Shown: one piece after another, positions 28,001 through 41,097 of the stretch
Layout of the letters: each line of letters starts with the position of its first letter
How positions within the stretch are numbered: position 1 is the first letter of the stretch
Assembly: GCA_043228905.1 (NCBI GenBank)
Contig: JBHGNT010000003.1
Location: 1,550,001 to 1,614,000, forward strand
DNA: 64,000 bases
Reading direction: 5' to 3'
DNA from: Azolla caroliniana
Taxonomy: Eukaryota > Plantae > Polypodiophyta
The notes under the pieces: generated by a model
The model's input: only the letters and a program-made list of their open reading frames with translations
The model's database searches: none
What the model was told of the DNA's origin: nothing
Program-made: the position numbers and the translations under genes

Positions 28001-31000
28001 GGGTCATACAAAAGATCAATGTCGAAAGCTCCAACGGAAAGAGCACGACAACAAAGCTAAAGCTGCAGACCATAAAGGTCAGATTCCTAATGTCCTTCAG
28101 GTCTATACACATCATTTAAGTAATTGTCAATGTTCTTTCCCTCACTATGTATTGGGTCCCAATGATTTACTACGTGCAAACGGGTATATCAATGGATCTC
28201 CCGTACAATTTTTATTTGATTCGGGAAGCTCACACAATTTTGTGAATGATCGTTTGGTTCAGATATGGGGAATCCAACCCACCGTAAGTGATCACACCTA
28301 CACGGTGCACTTGGCTGATGGAAGAGTACAATACATCAACGGGGCGATTCATTCATTAGGAATTTCTATTGATACTTATATAGAGGAAGTAGACTTCCAT
28401 GTAATGAATCTTTGTACCACCGATGTAATACTGGGTTATCCCTGGTTTTATAATAAAAACTCTTCTTTATTTATTGATTGGGTTCGTCATTCCATTTCTT
28501 TTGTACTGAACGATTGTACGCATTTTATTCAATGTGTAAAAAAACAATCCCTCTCGATTGTTTCCTCGTGTCCATCAATATCCGAGTTGTCTTGTTCTAC
28601 GTTATTTTATTGTGTACTTGATCCGGACATTCACGTTTACAATATCGATAATGTCCCGATTCAATTAACATATTTTGAACAACAACAACTTGATGAAATC
28701 TTAAATGATTTTCATGATGTTTTTCCAAGTGAACTACCTGATGGGTTACCTCCTAAACGTAATATAGACCATCGTATAGATATTGTACCTGGTGTTGCAC
28801 CAATAAGTATACCTCCGTATCGCTTAAGTCGATCCGAAGAAGATGAGGTATCTAAGCAACTCAAGGACTATTTACGAATGGGTTATATACGTTATAGTAA
28901 ATCTCCATGGGGTGCACCAGTTCTCTTGGTTAAAAAGAAAGAGGGCACATGGCGTATGTGTATTAATTACCGACGCTTGAATAAAGTGACGATCAAGAAT
29001 TCGTATCCATTGCCCCGGGCTGACGATCTAATTGACCGTCTACAGGGAGCTCGGTATTTTACGAAACTTGATCTCCGTACTGGCTACCATCAAATACGAA
29101 TAAGTGAGGACGATGTTCCTAAAACGGCATTTCGTACGCGCTATGGCCATTACGAGTTTTTGGTTATGCCTTTTGGTTTGACCAATGCTCCGGCTACTTT
29201 TCAACAAGAAATGAATGACATTTTCCGAGAACAACTTGGAAAATTTGTCGTTATTTTCTTGGATGATATTTTAGTTTATAGCCGTACATTACAAGAACAT
29301 GCTAGACATGTCCGCTTTGTTTTACAAACATTGCGTGACAAACAGTTTTATGCGAAGATCTCAAAATGTGAGTTCTTCAAGAAATCAATTACTTATCTAG
29401 GACATCTCATAACCGAACGAGGAGTTGAAATTGATCCTTCTCGCATTGAGAAAATCAAGCTTTGGCCCACTCTTCGGAATATTCGAGAAGTTCGATCATT
29501 CCTTGGTTTTGTGGGGTTTTTGCGAAAGTCTCTTCGTAATTACTCCCAATTGACGACGCCGTTTACTGATCTTTTAAAAGGTCAAACGCGTAAGTCTACA
29601 AAACCTATTGTGTGGAATGCTACACTAGACCTTGCCTTTACGGAACTCAAGGACCTGGTTTGCAAGGCTCCTTCACTTCTTTTACCCGATCCTTCAAAAC
29701 CTTTTGAGGTTGAAACCGATGCCAGCGATTACGCTATAGGTGCTGTCTTGTATCAAGATGGTAAACCGATAGCATTCGAGAGTAAGAAACTTGATTCTGC
29801 TCAATGTCGGTATACCGTTCAAGAAAAGGAATTATTTGCAGTTATACATGCGCTCAAAACATGGCGCCATTATCTTTATGGAAATCACTTTGTGGTAACT
29901 ACGGACCACGAGTCCTTGAAATATTTTTGTGACCAACAAGACCTGAAAGGTCGTAAGGCACGATGGGCTGATCTCATCCAGGACTTTGATTTTTCCATAC
30001 GATATCGTAAAGGTTCCATGAACACTGTCGCTGATGCACTAAGTCGCATCCGTGAAGTTAACACGCTTAGCTTCACTGAAATATCATCAGATCTTTATGA
30101 TCACCTTCGAGGAAAGTATCCTGATGACAGTTATTTCGCAAAATACTGGGCAAGAGTTGAGTCTGGAACAGACACCACCACATCCTTGAAGGAATACTTC
30201 CACATTGCTAACGGTTTGCTCTACCGTAATGGGAAGGTTTGTGTTCCAGATTTACCCGAGGTCAAAAAGAGGATTCTTTTTGAATGCCATGATGCACCCT
30301 CAGCAGGGCACCCTGGAATACATCGTACACTCGTTCTCATCTCCACTCAATTTTATTGGCCTAAGATGCGTCCTGACATACATAGCTATGTGACTAAATG
30401 TCACCAGTGTCAGGTTAACAAAGCCGAGCGACTTAAAGTCGCAGGACTTTTACATCCCTTGGACATTCCCAATAATAAGTGGGAAAGTATATCCATGGAT
30501 TTTATTGTTAGCCTTCCTCGCACCCAAAAAGGTCATGATGCCATCTGGGTTGTCGTTGATCGACTAACTAAAATGGCCAGATTTATTGCTACTAAAACCA
30601 CGGTAACAGCTCCTGAATTGGCTTACCAATTCGTTGACGAATTGTTTCGTTTTTATGGGTTACCGATGGATATCGTGAGTGATCGAGATCCAAAGTTTAC
30701 TAGTGACTTCTGGACACAGGTCTTTAAGAAGTTAGAAACTACGTTGAGCATGAGCTCCACGGATCATCCTCAATCCGATGGACAGACAGAACGAGTAAAT
30801 CAAATTATTGAGGACATGCTTCGAGCATACGTTGGTGCAAAACCAACAAAATGGGAACGTTATCTCCCAATTTTGGAGTTTGCTTATAACAGCTCCAAGC
30901 ATACGTCGACGGGATATAGTCCTTTTATGTTGATGTATGGTTTTCAGCCACGAGCCCCGATTGATGTTACTATACATCATGATGAGTTGCGAAGTACGCA

Positions 31001-32111
31001 AAACTTTCTTCGGGATATGCAAGATATGTTGCATATTGCACGAGATAATATAAAAACAGCTCAAGATAGAGCGCGTTTTTATGCCGATCATCATAGGCAA
31101 CCTCGTGTATTCAACCCTGGACAGAAGGTATTTTTACGTGTACCTCACAATTCTAAGACATTGTCTACGGGTAAGTGCGCTAAGTTAGCCCCACGGTTTT
31201 GTGGACCTTTTATAGTCCTCAAACGCATTGGGTCATCAGCCTATCGTCTCGCTCTTCCCGATGGTGTCTGAATTCATCCAGTCTTTCATGTGAGTCGTCT
31301 AAAAGAACTTCTAGGTTCTGGCGACAATACAGCTACGACTGAAACTCTGGTTACTTCTGAAGAATTATCTTCTAAACCACATGTACCAGAAAGAATTCTC
31401 GATGTTAAAACAAAAAAATTACGTACTAAAGAAATCCGAGAATTCAAAATAAAATGGATGGATAAATCAATAAAAGATGCCACATGGGAACGCGAAAATA
31501 CACTTAGAACTAACTTCCCTAACTTTCCATTGCAAGAGTGCAATGTTTTAAAGAGGGGGAGTATGTTACGGGCATGACCATATAATATCCCGTGGTAAGA
31601 ATTTACCGTAGTATTCTATACACGTGGATAAGTGTGAGGGTTAAAGGAGAGTGTAAAGAAGGGGAGGATTACTTTTAATCCTCGGGATTGAGACAACCCA
31701 TTAGGTCAAGTGTGAACTTGCCTGGAGGCCTTGGGTTTCGCTATAAATAAGAGGCCTAGCTACCCTCATTTGATCATCTTTTGACTACATCGAGACTCTG
31801 CTCGTGTGGTGGGTCAACTCTTGTAGCGAGCGCGCCAGCACCAGGTACGACTCGACGCCACGGCGGTGGTATGGGACGCCGATTGAGGCTCGAGTCCGTC
31901 TCGATCCCTTCGCTCGGGGGTGGTCGGGTGGATCGGCACCCTTTTTTCTCTTTCTCCTTTCTATCTATCTTTTCATTATCCTTATCTTAAGCTTACATTA
32001 GTACTATGATCTATAATATTACACGTGGATAAGTGTGAGGGTTAAAGGAGAGTGTAAAGAATACTACGGTAAATTCTTACCACGGGATATTATATGGTCA
32101 TGCCCGTAACA
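25006..32111 (+). mobile_element. Element E: very young chromovirus (Ty3/Gypsy). LTRs 25006-25460 and 31564-32018, PBS (Met-i) 25463-25474, PPT about 31549-31563, aberrant 93-bp right extension 32019-32111.
   Basis: 455-bp LTRs with no difference visible by eye; TSD GGGAT at 25001-25005 and 32112-32116; host gag reads DVNWD/DQAL across the site. Confidence 0.95.
27144..31577 (+). CDS. Single-ORF gag-pol of element E with C-terminal chromodomain; one in-frame TGA at 31269-31271
   Basis: [14 protein letters not shown] knuckle, [10 protein letters not shown] protease, RT KLDL/FLDD, RNase H ETDASD, integrase HHCC and DDE, GPF motif; after the stop [11 protein letters not shown]...PERILD...IKW...DATWE. 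Confidence 0.93.
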
Positions 32112-32621
32112 GGGATGATCAAGCTTTAGTTGATCACTTTCGGCGGGGCCTTCGTAGCAATGTCAAGAATCTTCTCTTGAACTTTCCGGAACCCACCTAG
32201 TTATCCCATGCGATTTCACAAGCAGTCCATTGTGACAATCGTCTTTTCGAATTTCGCCAGGAAGAGCGCCGGACTTGGATTCCACTTCATTCACTTCCAT
32301 GACACACCCCAATCGTACAACCCTAGGTATCCCTCCCACCGACTGCGTCACGCTTTGGCAGATGCTCCCGTCCCCATGGAAATTGATCAAGCCTGATTTC
32401 GGCCATTGACTGATGCCGAACGACAATTTCGGCGAGCTAATGTATTGTGCATGTATTGTGGTGCCTTTGGTCATGTCATTCGCCATTGTCCTAGGAGTAA
32501 TCGCCCACAATTCCATCGAGTTATCGGACCCCAACATTCGGAAAACGACATCGTTCGGTGCAATAGGAGCCATGCAACTGGACATCTCTCGTCACCCACA
32601 TTCTCTTGGTTCCATTGCCGG

Positions 32622-33116
32622 TGTCGCGTTGTTATGCGTGTGCGTGTAGAAAGGCGGGACCATGGGGGTCTTGGACTAGGGAGTGACGGAGCGTAGGAAG
32701 CCGCACATCACCCTTTTTGGGGCACCCCAGGAGCACACCGGAAGCAACCGAAGGTAGAGAGAGGGAGAGAGCAGGCATGCAACATTGACTCTCGCACGAA
32801 CATGTACATAAGCAAGAAGGAAACACTAAGACACACACATGCACACCAACAAAGACCCGAATATGCACAACCACATGTATATGTATTTACAAGACAATGA
32901 GGTTCAACACCGACTTCAAGCCGGACCTAGGCCGCATGAGATACAACCGTTGTCTACTACCAAGCCGCCGGTCGGGGAGCTCTCGGGCTTGTCTCGTCGA
33001 GCGGGGTCTTGCACAGAGTACAGGGCAGAAAACTGGAGCGCTAGATGCTAAGGCCCAACGCACAGAAGGACCAAGAAGAAGAAGAAGTAGAGGGGAGCAA
33101 GAAGAAGAAATCCTAA

Positions 33117-33169
<53 letters not shown>

Positions 33170-33422
33170 CTCTCCGTCTAACGGTATACCCTACTAATAC
33201 AAAATGGGCAACCCTTCTACAAGGAACCATCTCTTCCTTTAAATATAGAACAAGGAGAGGGATGTGTTACAATGTGGGATAAATCCCGATTTACATGGGA
33301 TTCTTCGCCCGACTTAACTCCTATTATTCACACAATTACACGAGGGTGAGTGCACATGGTGCACCCCGCCGGTGTAGCCAATATTTCACGATTTTCGCCT
33401 CTGGCCGAAATTCTTCACGACA
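32622..33422 (-). mobile_element. Element F: solo LTR (801 bp) with 4-bp TSD CCGG, inserted at B's gag/protease junction; contains (AG)n at 33121-33162
   Basis: tgtcg...cgaca termini; ccgg at 32618-32621 and 33423-33426. Strand inferred from a TATA-like motif. Confidence 0.8.
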
Positions 33423-34797
33423 CCGGACTGTCAGGAAATTTCACATTGGAGGTATAACTTTCATTTAACACTAGTTCCATTCAGGCGGTTGCTTTACTTG
33501 ATTCTAGGGCATCTTCTTGCTTCATCGACGTCGCGTTCGCCCAAGCACATGGCGTACCCGTCGTTTGCCTCTCAAAACCCATTCCCGTTGAAGCCATCGA
33601 TGGGCACGTCCTCTCGTCAGGCGCAATTACTCAAGCTACGATCCCATTAGGGCTTCGTGTGGGCTCACACCAGGAGGAGCTCACCTTTTACCTCATCGCA
33701 TCTCCTCAACATCTGATCGCCTTAGGACTAACATGGTTGGAGACGCACAATCCAATAGTGGATTGGTGCAACCGCTCGATTACATTTAGCGAGCCAGGAT
33801 GCTCGCGCAAAACTATGAAGGTCAATTCAGTTTCCCATCCTTCGGAGAAGGTCGATTCCGACTCATCTACCCCACCATCGGTCCAGGATGGGGTTGTTTG
33901 TGGCACCACTTCTAACACACTCCATGTTATTCCTGAGAAATACCAACACTTCTCTGACGTATTTGAAAAATGTAATGTTGATCGTTTGCCCGAACACCGG
34001 CTCTACGATTGTCTGATTGATCTTCACGAAAGTGCATGTCCACCCTTTGGTCCTCTATATGCGTTGTTTGCACTAGAGCTGAAGGCCCTTCGTGTGTATC
34101 TCGATGAGAACCTCGAGAAAGGATTTATTCAACCTTCTAAGTCGTCGGTCAGGGCTCCCATTTTATTCCTGAAGAAGAAGGACGGCTCTCTACGCTTATG
34201 CGTCGACTACTGAGGTCTCAACAAACTCACTGTGCGCAACCGCTATCCACTCCCTCTAATCCCCGAACTCCTTGATCGACTCCTAGTTGCGTGTCTTCTC
34301 CAAAGTTGATCTACGTGGAGCGTACAATCTAGTACGTATCAAGTTGGGGGACGAATGGAAAACCGCATTTCGAATACAAGGTAATGCCTTTTGGTCTTAC
34401 TAACGCCCCAATAGTTTTTAAACATATGATGAACGATATATTCCGGGAATATCTCGATCATTTTGTTGTCATTTACCTCGATGATATTCTCATTTTCTCA
34501 CCAAACATGGAGGAGCACACTCGCCAAGTCCGATTAGTTCTTGCCAAACTTCGTGAGCATGGCATTTATGCCAAAGGCGAGAAATGCGAGTTCGACCGTA
34601 CCTCGATCGAATTTTTGGGCTACATCATCTCACCCACTGGCATCACCATTTATATGAAGAAGGTCTCTGTCATTTGAACGTGGGCGACTCCAAGGCGACT
34701 TAAAGATGTGCAATCCTTCTTCGGTTTCGCAAATTTTTACCGTCGCTTCATCAAGGGGGTTTCCACCCTAGCACAATCTCTTATCGCCCTCACCCGT

Positions 34798-35647
34798 TGT
34801 CGTGCCTTTCGGCTCCGGATCGTTGCGTGAGTCGGGTGGGAACCACAGAGGTCTTGGACTAGGAGAAAGAAGTTCGTGAGATAGAGATTAATTATGAGTA
34901 AATAGCAAAGAGAAAGATAAGAAACTCGTGAATCACACGAGTATACTATATTAATTGGTACTTAGGGTGTTAAGAGAGAAGTAGACGTATAAATCGTGAA
35001 TCCCACGAATAATTTTTGTATTGATTAATTCTTAATCCAAAAAAAAATCAACAACAACTACAATGTGCTCCCCATCCTTATATAGTGATGGGAGAGACTA
35101 AGCATAGCTACATGCTTTTTCTCATATGTTCATGCACACTAAATGTGCATGTGATGCTTTTTTTTATTTTATTTTATTTCCTAAGTATAGGGCTCATGCA
35201 CGCTAGATGTGCATGAGTTATTTTTAGTGTCTCGTGTTTTTTCTTTTTCATATATTAAAGAAATACACGATTTACCTTTTAATAAAGGTATGCATAAATA
35301 AAGGTCTTATACATATTAAATCTATATTTAAAACACTTAAGATAATTTAATGTAATGGTAAGGTTGGGGTTTGTCAACGTGGAGGTGCAGAGTTCGAATC
35401 ACGCCCGGCGCAGTAGTGAGTATTTCCATTTTTTACATTTATGTCTCTTCCTTGCCGGTATGCCGTTTTCTTCCTTGCCGGTATGCCGTTTTCTTCCTTG
35501 CCGGTATGCCGTTTTTCCTCCTTGCCGGTATGCCGTTTTCCTCCTTGTCGTTATGCCGTTTTCTTCCGGTTCTCACCGAGCACTCCATTCTCTATCCGGA
35601 GGGACAAAAATATAATTTCCACACAGTGTGCAACCTACACTACGACA
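34798..35647 (-). mobile_element. Element G: solo LTR (850 bp) with 4-bp TSD CCGT, inserted in B pol; about five 23-bp tandem repeats at 35447-35568
   Basis: tgtcgt...acgaca termini; ccgt at 34794-34797 and 35648-35651; host reads LTR/KGTPF across the site; shares ggtcttggactagg with F. Strand inferred. Confidence 0.85.
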
Positions 35648-38600
35648 CCGTAAAGGTACTCCTTTTTTATGGACCTTGGAGGCACAAAATGCGTTCGACT
35701 CACTCAAACACGCATTCATCACTACCCCGGTGCTGCTACATGCCGACCCCACAAAACCCTTCCAAGTCGAAATTGATGCCTTTGACTTCGCCATTGGCAC
35801 CATCTTATCCCAGGCAGATGACACCAACCTAATGCACCCAGTGGCTTACTACCCCGGGAAATTCACGGCCTCCGAAATCAATTATCCCATATACGACAAG
35901 GAGCTTGCTGCTATCATTGCTGCCTTTGAAGAATGGCGACCCTACTTGGCTGGCGCACAACATCGTGTCCAGGTAGTGACTAATCATAAAAATTTAGTTT
36001 ATTTTTCCACCACTTGTACTTTGAATTGAAGGTAGGCCCATTGGTCGACATTTCTCGCCGACTACGATTTGAGATCGTATTTCGACTTGGTGGCCAACAT
36101 GGGAAGGCCGATGCCCTTTCTCGTCGAGCTGACCTTGCACTACGCCCTAGGGATGCTGCTTATGCTCAACAATCTAGATGTTTGCTGAAACCTGACCAAT
36201 TGCATCTTTTTGCCACTTGTATGTTGTAGGATGATTCATTACTCCAACAGATCATCGATGCATCCACGACCATGCATTCGCCAATGAGATTCGAGATAGT
36301 CCACAAAACCCCTCCAAGGCGACCAAAGTGAAGGATCTTGACACCTTCACCATACAAGAGGGTTTGCTATTCCGAGATAATCTCTTATATGTCCCAGAGG
36401 GCCCATGACGCCCTCGGGTGTTGCGGGAATGCCACGATGACCCACTAGCAGGTCATTTTGGGGTTGCAAAAACCCTCAAGCTAATCTCTCGGGGGTACTG
36501 GTGGCCACAACCATGGAAGTTGGTCAAAGAATACATCAAGGGTTGTGAGGTTTGTGCTCGCTCCAAATCCACTCATCATCGGCCATACGGCTTACTCCAG
36601 TCGCTTCCATGCCCCCGTCGTCCCTATGCCTCTATCTTTATGGACCTGATAACTGATCTACCCTTGGTCAATAGCTATGACTCGGTTTACGAAGATGGCT
36701 CACTTCAGTCCATGCTCCAAAACCATTTCTGGAGAAGGAATGGTGCATCTACTACTCAACAATGTGGTATGCTTGCATGGACTCCCCGATGATGTCATCT
36801 CCGATCGCGGACCCTAGTTTGTCTCTCACTTCTGGCAGCGCCTGCTATAAACTTTAGACATCTCTGTCAAGTTGGCCTCCGCATATCACCCCAAACTGAC
36901 GGGCAGACGGAGCGCGTCAACCAAATACTTGAGCAGTATCTTCGGTGCTCAATTAGTTACCAACAAGATGATTGGGTCAACTTACTTTCACTCGCGGAAT
37001 TTGCCAACAATATTTCTCTCCATGCATCAACTAGCGTCACTCCCTTCTTTGCAAACTATGGTTTACATCCTCGCTTCAACATTTCCCTTCCTACCACTTC
37101 CGTGAACCCTTCGGTGGAGGATCGCGCACGCGTTTTAGAAGAGCTACATCATGATTTATCCTTGGAGCTTAGCCTCACTAGTGAATGATACAAGAAGTAG
37201 GTTGATCACCATCAATCTGCCACTCCACACTTTGTCGTTGGAGACATGGTCTCGTTGTTACGCCGACACATCTCTACTACTCGTCCATGTGCGAAACTTG
37301 ATTACAAGAAGTTGGGACCATTCCGTATCATCGAGTGCATCAATCCCGTCGCCTTCCGGCTCGCCCTCCATCCCACTTCCGGATTCACAATGTTTTTCAT
37401 GTCTCCCTCCTCGAACCCCATTATGCTTAGCAACTCCCAGGACGTCAGGCCCCACCACCACCACTTGTGCAATTGACAATAGGGGAGGAATACGAGGTCG
37501 ACCAAATCCTTGACTCGCGTTGGCATCGTCGACACTTGCAATACCTCATCTTGTGGAGGGGTTACCCCATGTCTGACGCCACGTGGGAACCATCGGAAAA
37601 TTTACAAAATGCCCCGGGAGTGGTCCAAGATTTTCATCACCGATATCCCTGCAATCCGACGGCCAATTTGGGAAGGCGGCGTAGGAGGGGGGATAATGTC
37701 AAGACTCAAACACTTGGCATGACCATGTTATAATCAAGTATTATGGGTTAACCAACATATCTAGTATACAATTATGTATATAATTGGTCCTTGTTGTTTT
37801 GGCTAGCATCATGTGCATAGTTGCTCCCTTGTAGTATTTACACTTGGCACATGCATGCATACCTACATGCTCTATTGTAGATTCACATGCGTGCAACAAG
37901 TATGCATGCCGTGTAGTATAAATAGTTGAGTTCACCTTGAAGGAATTCAAGGTGAATAACACAAGTTACGAAGTCTTTCAGTTAATACTATTCATCCATT
38001 TGGTTATCTTTTTTCTTGTCTCTTGAGCTTATGATCTATCCGTGACAACTGCCACCTTCATCATAAAGGCATAATGGTATGCCATATAATCGTTGTAGCC
38101 GAATCGACTAACCGGATTCTTCTCTCGGGTGGAGTGAAAGAATTTCTCATTTGTTGTGGCAATGGCTTTCTTTACGCCATGTGTCCTCATGATAGGTACA
38201 TCGAAGCCATCGAGCTCACGGTCGAGTGAGTGAGTCGATTCGTTGCCATTGGATTGATCGTCTTCACATTCCGGCATTTTGGCCTTGTCTTCGTCCATCT
38301 TCGGACTTGGTTGAGATGTGCTTTGGTCACTCGGGGGCTCTTGTGGCCCACAGAGTGTGATCGTGATCGAACTTTCTTCGAATATATGCCTTAGTTGATC
38401 GTCGTCTTCTATGTTTTCAAGGTTGTTCGTAGATGGTTTGGGAGGAGTCGGCTCGGGTTCGTACCATGATGTCGATTTGTCAAAGACTACATCTCGACTT
38501 ACGCGGACCTTCCGAGTAGAGGGGTTGAAGCATTTGTACCCCTTTTGCTTTAGTGAGTATCCTACAAGGATACATTTCTCCAACTTGAGATCTAGGTTTT

Positions 38601-41097
38601 GCCACTTTTCGTCAGGAATGTGCACATATACAATTGAACCGAATATCCTTACATGGGTTAGATTCGGTTTTTTTCCATAGTACTTCTCGTGCGGGGTAAG
38701 TTCATGCATACCGGATGTCGTACATCGGTTCATTAGGTAGATGGTTGTGCATGCTACTTTATCCCAATATGACTTTGACATGTGCTTCTCGTTTAACATG
38801 GCCTGTGCTATTTCGAGGATGTGTCATTCTTTCGTTCAGCTACTCCGTTCTATTGTGGTGTATGTCGATGCAAAAATTCTTGTCGGATTCCTTCTTGTCA
38901 AAGGTATGTCGTGAATGCATTGAGAAGTATTCCTTGCCACCATCTGACTAAAGACATCATACATGTCGATTTGTTTTGTTTTGGACTCCACTTTTGAAAT
39001 TTTGGAAGTGTGCAAACACTTCACTCTTCTGCCTCATGGGGAAGATCCATGTGTGCATGGAGAAGTCGTCGATAAAGGTCACGTAATATCGGCATCTGTC
39101 GAATGTTGTCGTCTGTGTTGGTCCCCACACGTTTAAGTGGATCACATCAAGGAGGCCTTTGCTCATGTTTTGCTCTTTCAGAAATGGATGCCGATGCTGT
39201 TTGCCGAATTGGTAAGCTTCACATACACCTTCAATCTCTTTCTGTTTGAAGATCTAGAACCCGATGACGACTCCTTTCAATTGCATCCCCTGGAGCTTTT
39301 GGAGGTTGATATGGCCAATTCTTTTATTCCATAGTTGTACGTCAGTGTCAGCTTTGGTGCCTTTTGCAAAAATGGCCAATTTCATCTCGTGCAAATCGAG
39401 AATGAACATTCGGCCCTCTTCGCCTGCGAGCGATGAGTCAACCCTCTTTTTCAATGAAGTAACTGCCTTGGTTTAATTGAAATTGCATGCCTTGTTCCAC
39501 AATTTGGCCGACGGAGACCAAATTCTTCGTGATGGTCGGTACATGTAAGAAATTCTTAATGTATTTTTGGTTGCCCTCTCTCCTGAATGGGACATTGCTG
39601 ATATGTCGAATCGGATGAGTAGTGTCGTCTCCAGTCTTGACATAGGTAGGTCGATCCGACTCTCATAAGTCTCAGAACCATTCTTCATGAGACGTCATAT
39701 GATTCGAAGCACCATAGTCGACGAACCATACATCTTTCGGACTTGAGGCATTTGTCGAAGTAGAAGCCGCCAAAGAGTTTTCTCTATATCTCATCACGAA
39801 CATTCCACCATGCTCTTCATAGTTGGAGTTGGTGGCGTAATTGGTGAGTTGCCGGCTTGTGGAAGATGACCCACACTTCTTCTTTCGACACTATTCTTCG
39901 TAGTGACCGATTATTCCACAACATCCACATTCGATTGAGTTTTGTTGGCTTGGACCGGCATGGAAGCTCCCCCTTCTTCCGAATGTTCCTCTATTGTTTC
40001 CATTTTCTTGCCGAAATTAGGAGTTATTTTCATAGGTCGGACCTCGTCCGCCTAGTCCTTGGCCGAATCGGCCTCTTCTTGCTCGACCGTGTCCTCTTCC
40101 TCCGTTCGAGTGTGTGTAGAGCATGTGGCCTTCCGAGGCGTTGCTCCTTGTTCGAACATGGTTTTCTTCAACCAACAACATTGGTTGAAGATTGAAGAAA
40201 GAGGGAAGATTCTCCCTTGCTAAGACAGAGGATTTTCTTTATGTTGTGGTAGTGGATATATACGTAGGATTGAGTTGAATAGGGAGGTGCAAGAGAAGAT
40301 GTGAAAAAATGTGCAAAATGACAATGAATGGTGTGGAAGACGTTGAATATTGAGGCAGGAACCAATTTGGATGTCTTGCGTGCATGTGGAAATCTTATAA
40401 AACTCCTTTGTGTTATCCATGAACCATTGATGGGCAACATGACAGGTGAACGTGGATTGTAGTTTGCGTGTAGTTGGACTAGGGTGGAATGAACTATATC
40501 GATCATGGTTGCAAAGTCTCAATAGTAAGATAGTTACCTACATCTAGAGGCTAACCATTTGGCACATGTGGGGCCTTTATTGAGGTCAAAAGCGAGGCCC
40601 CAACTAGGATGCTTGTATAACTAGAAGCATGGATGCTCACATGGAGGAAAGATGAGTAGAAGTCACAATAGTGTTAGAAAACAAAAATATTGTGAGGATG
40701 TTAATGTATTTTGTTGCAGAAGTTTACCATGACCTAGATTATCTCGACTTTAGCAAGTTTGTTATGGGTTGTTCGTGAACCACTATTGAAATTTTAGACC
40801 AATATGTGGAATGTCGAAGAACTTATGGTATCAAGGGGAGGGAGAGGGGGCTGCACTTGGAGGTTTACCGAGTGAAATCGACACATTGTGGAACCAACCC
40901 TTAAAGACTCCAAAGGAATGGTGGTAGACCAAGTGAGCAACATATTATGAGTATACAATTTGGGAATTCTCTGAACTCTTTGTTAGGCAAACAATGTGTG
41001 GCAAGCCACCCATCCCACAAGGAAGTTTGTTCAACCCATCGTTGTGCGTGAGAAAGATCGTAAAACGTGCCACTACATGATACAAAGATCTTATCAA

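Larger units (their letters stand above)
18235..38047 (+). mobile_element. Element B: degenerate Tcn1/Tf1-like chromovirus (Ty3/Gypsy). 5' LTR 18235-18422 plus 23845-24006; 3' LTR 37697-38047. Interrupted by C/D, E, F and G.
   Basis: LTRs of about 350 bp, TG...CA. PPT aggaggggggataa before 37697. Gag from 24434 (FDG motif, PMEID, CMYCGAFGHVIRHC); slippery GGAAAAC at 32540; protease ALLDS; RT YLDD; RNase H; integrase; chromodomain EEYEVDQILDSR...TWEP. Degenerate TSD gctgt/actgc. Confidence 0.92.
16300..40165 (-). mobile_element. Element A: old degenerate Ty1/Copia, split by element B. RT/RNase H at 16810-18234; integrase, protease and gag zinc knuckle at 38048-40165. Left boundary approximate.
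   Basis: KSRLVAKGYSQ, MDVKNAFLQG, LYGLKQAPR, HTKHIEVHYHF; integrase YYVTFIDDFS and KCILVGYS; CxxCxxxGHxxxxC near 39870-39915; minus-strand PPT-like ttgagggggag at about 16811-16821. Confidence 0.85.

Noticed and set aside
40166-41090. ORFs of 100-112 aa and a tggtatcaag motif next to a purine tract at about 40826-40850 (TRIM-like?)
   Set aside because: No flanking direct repeats or protein motifs found.
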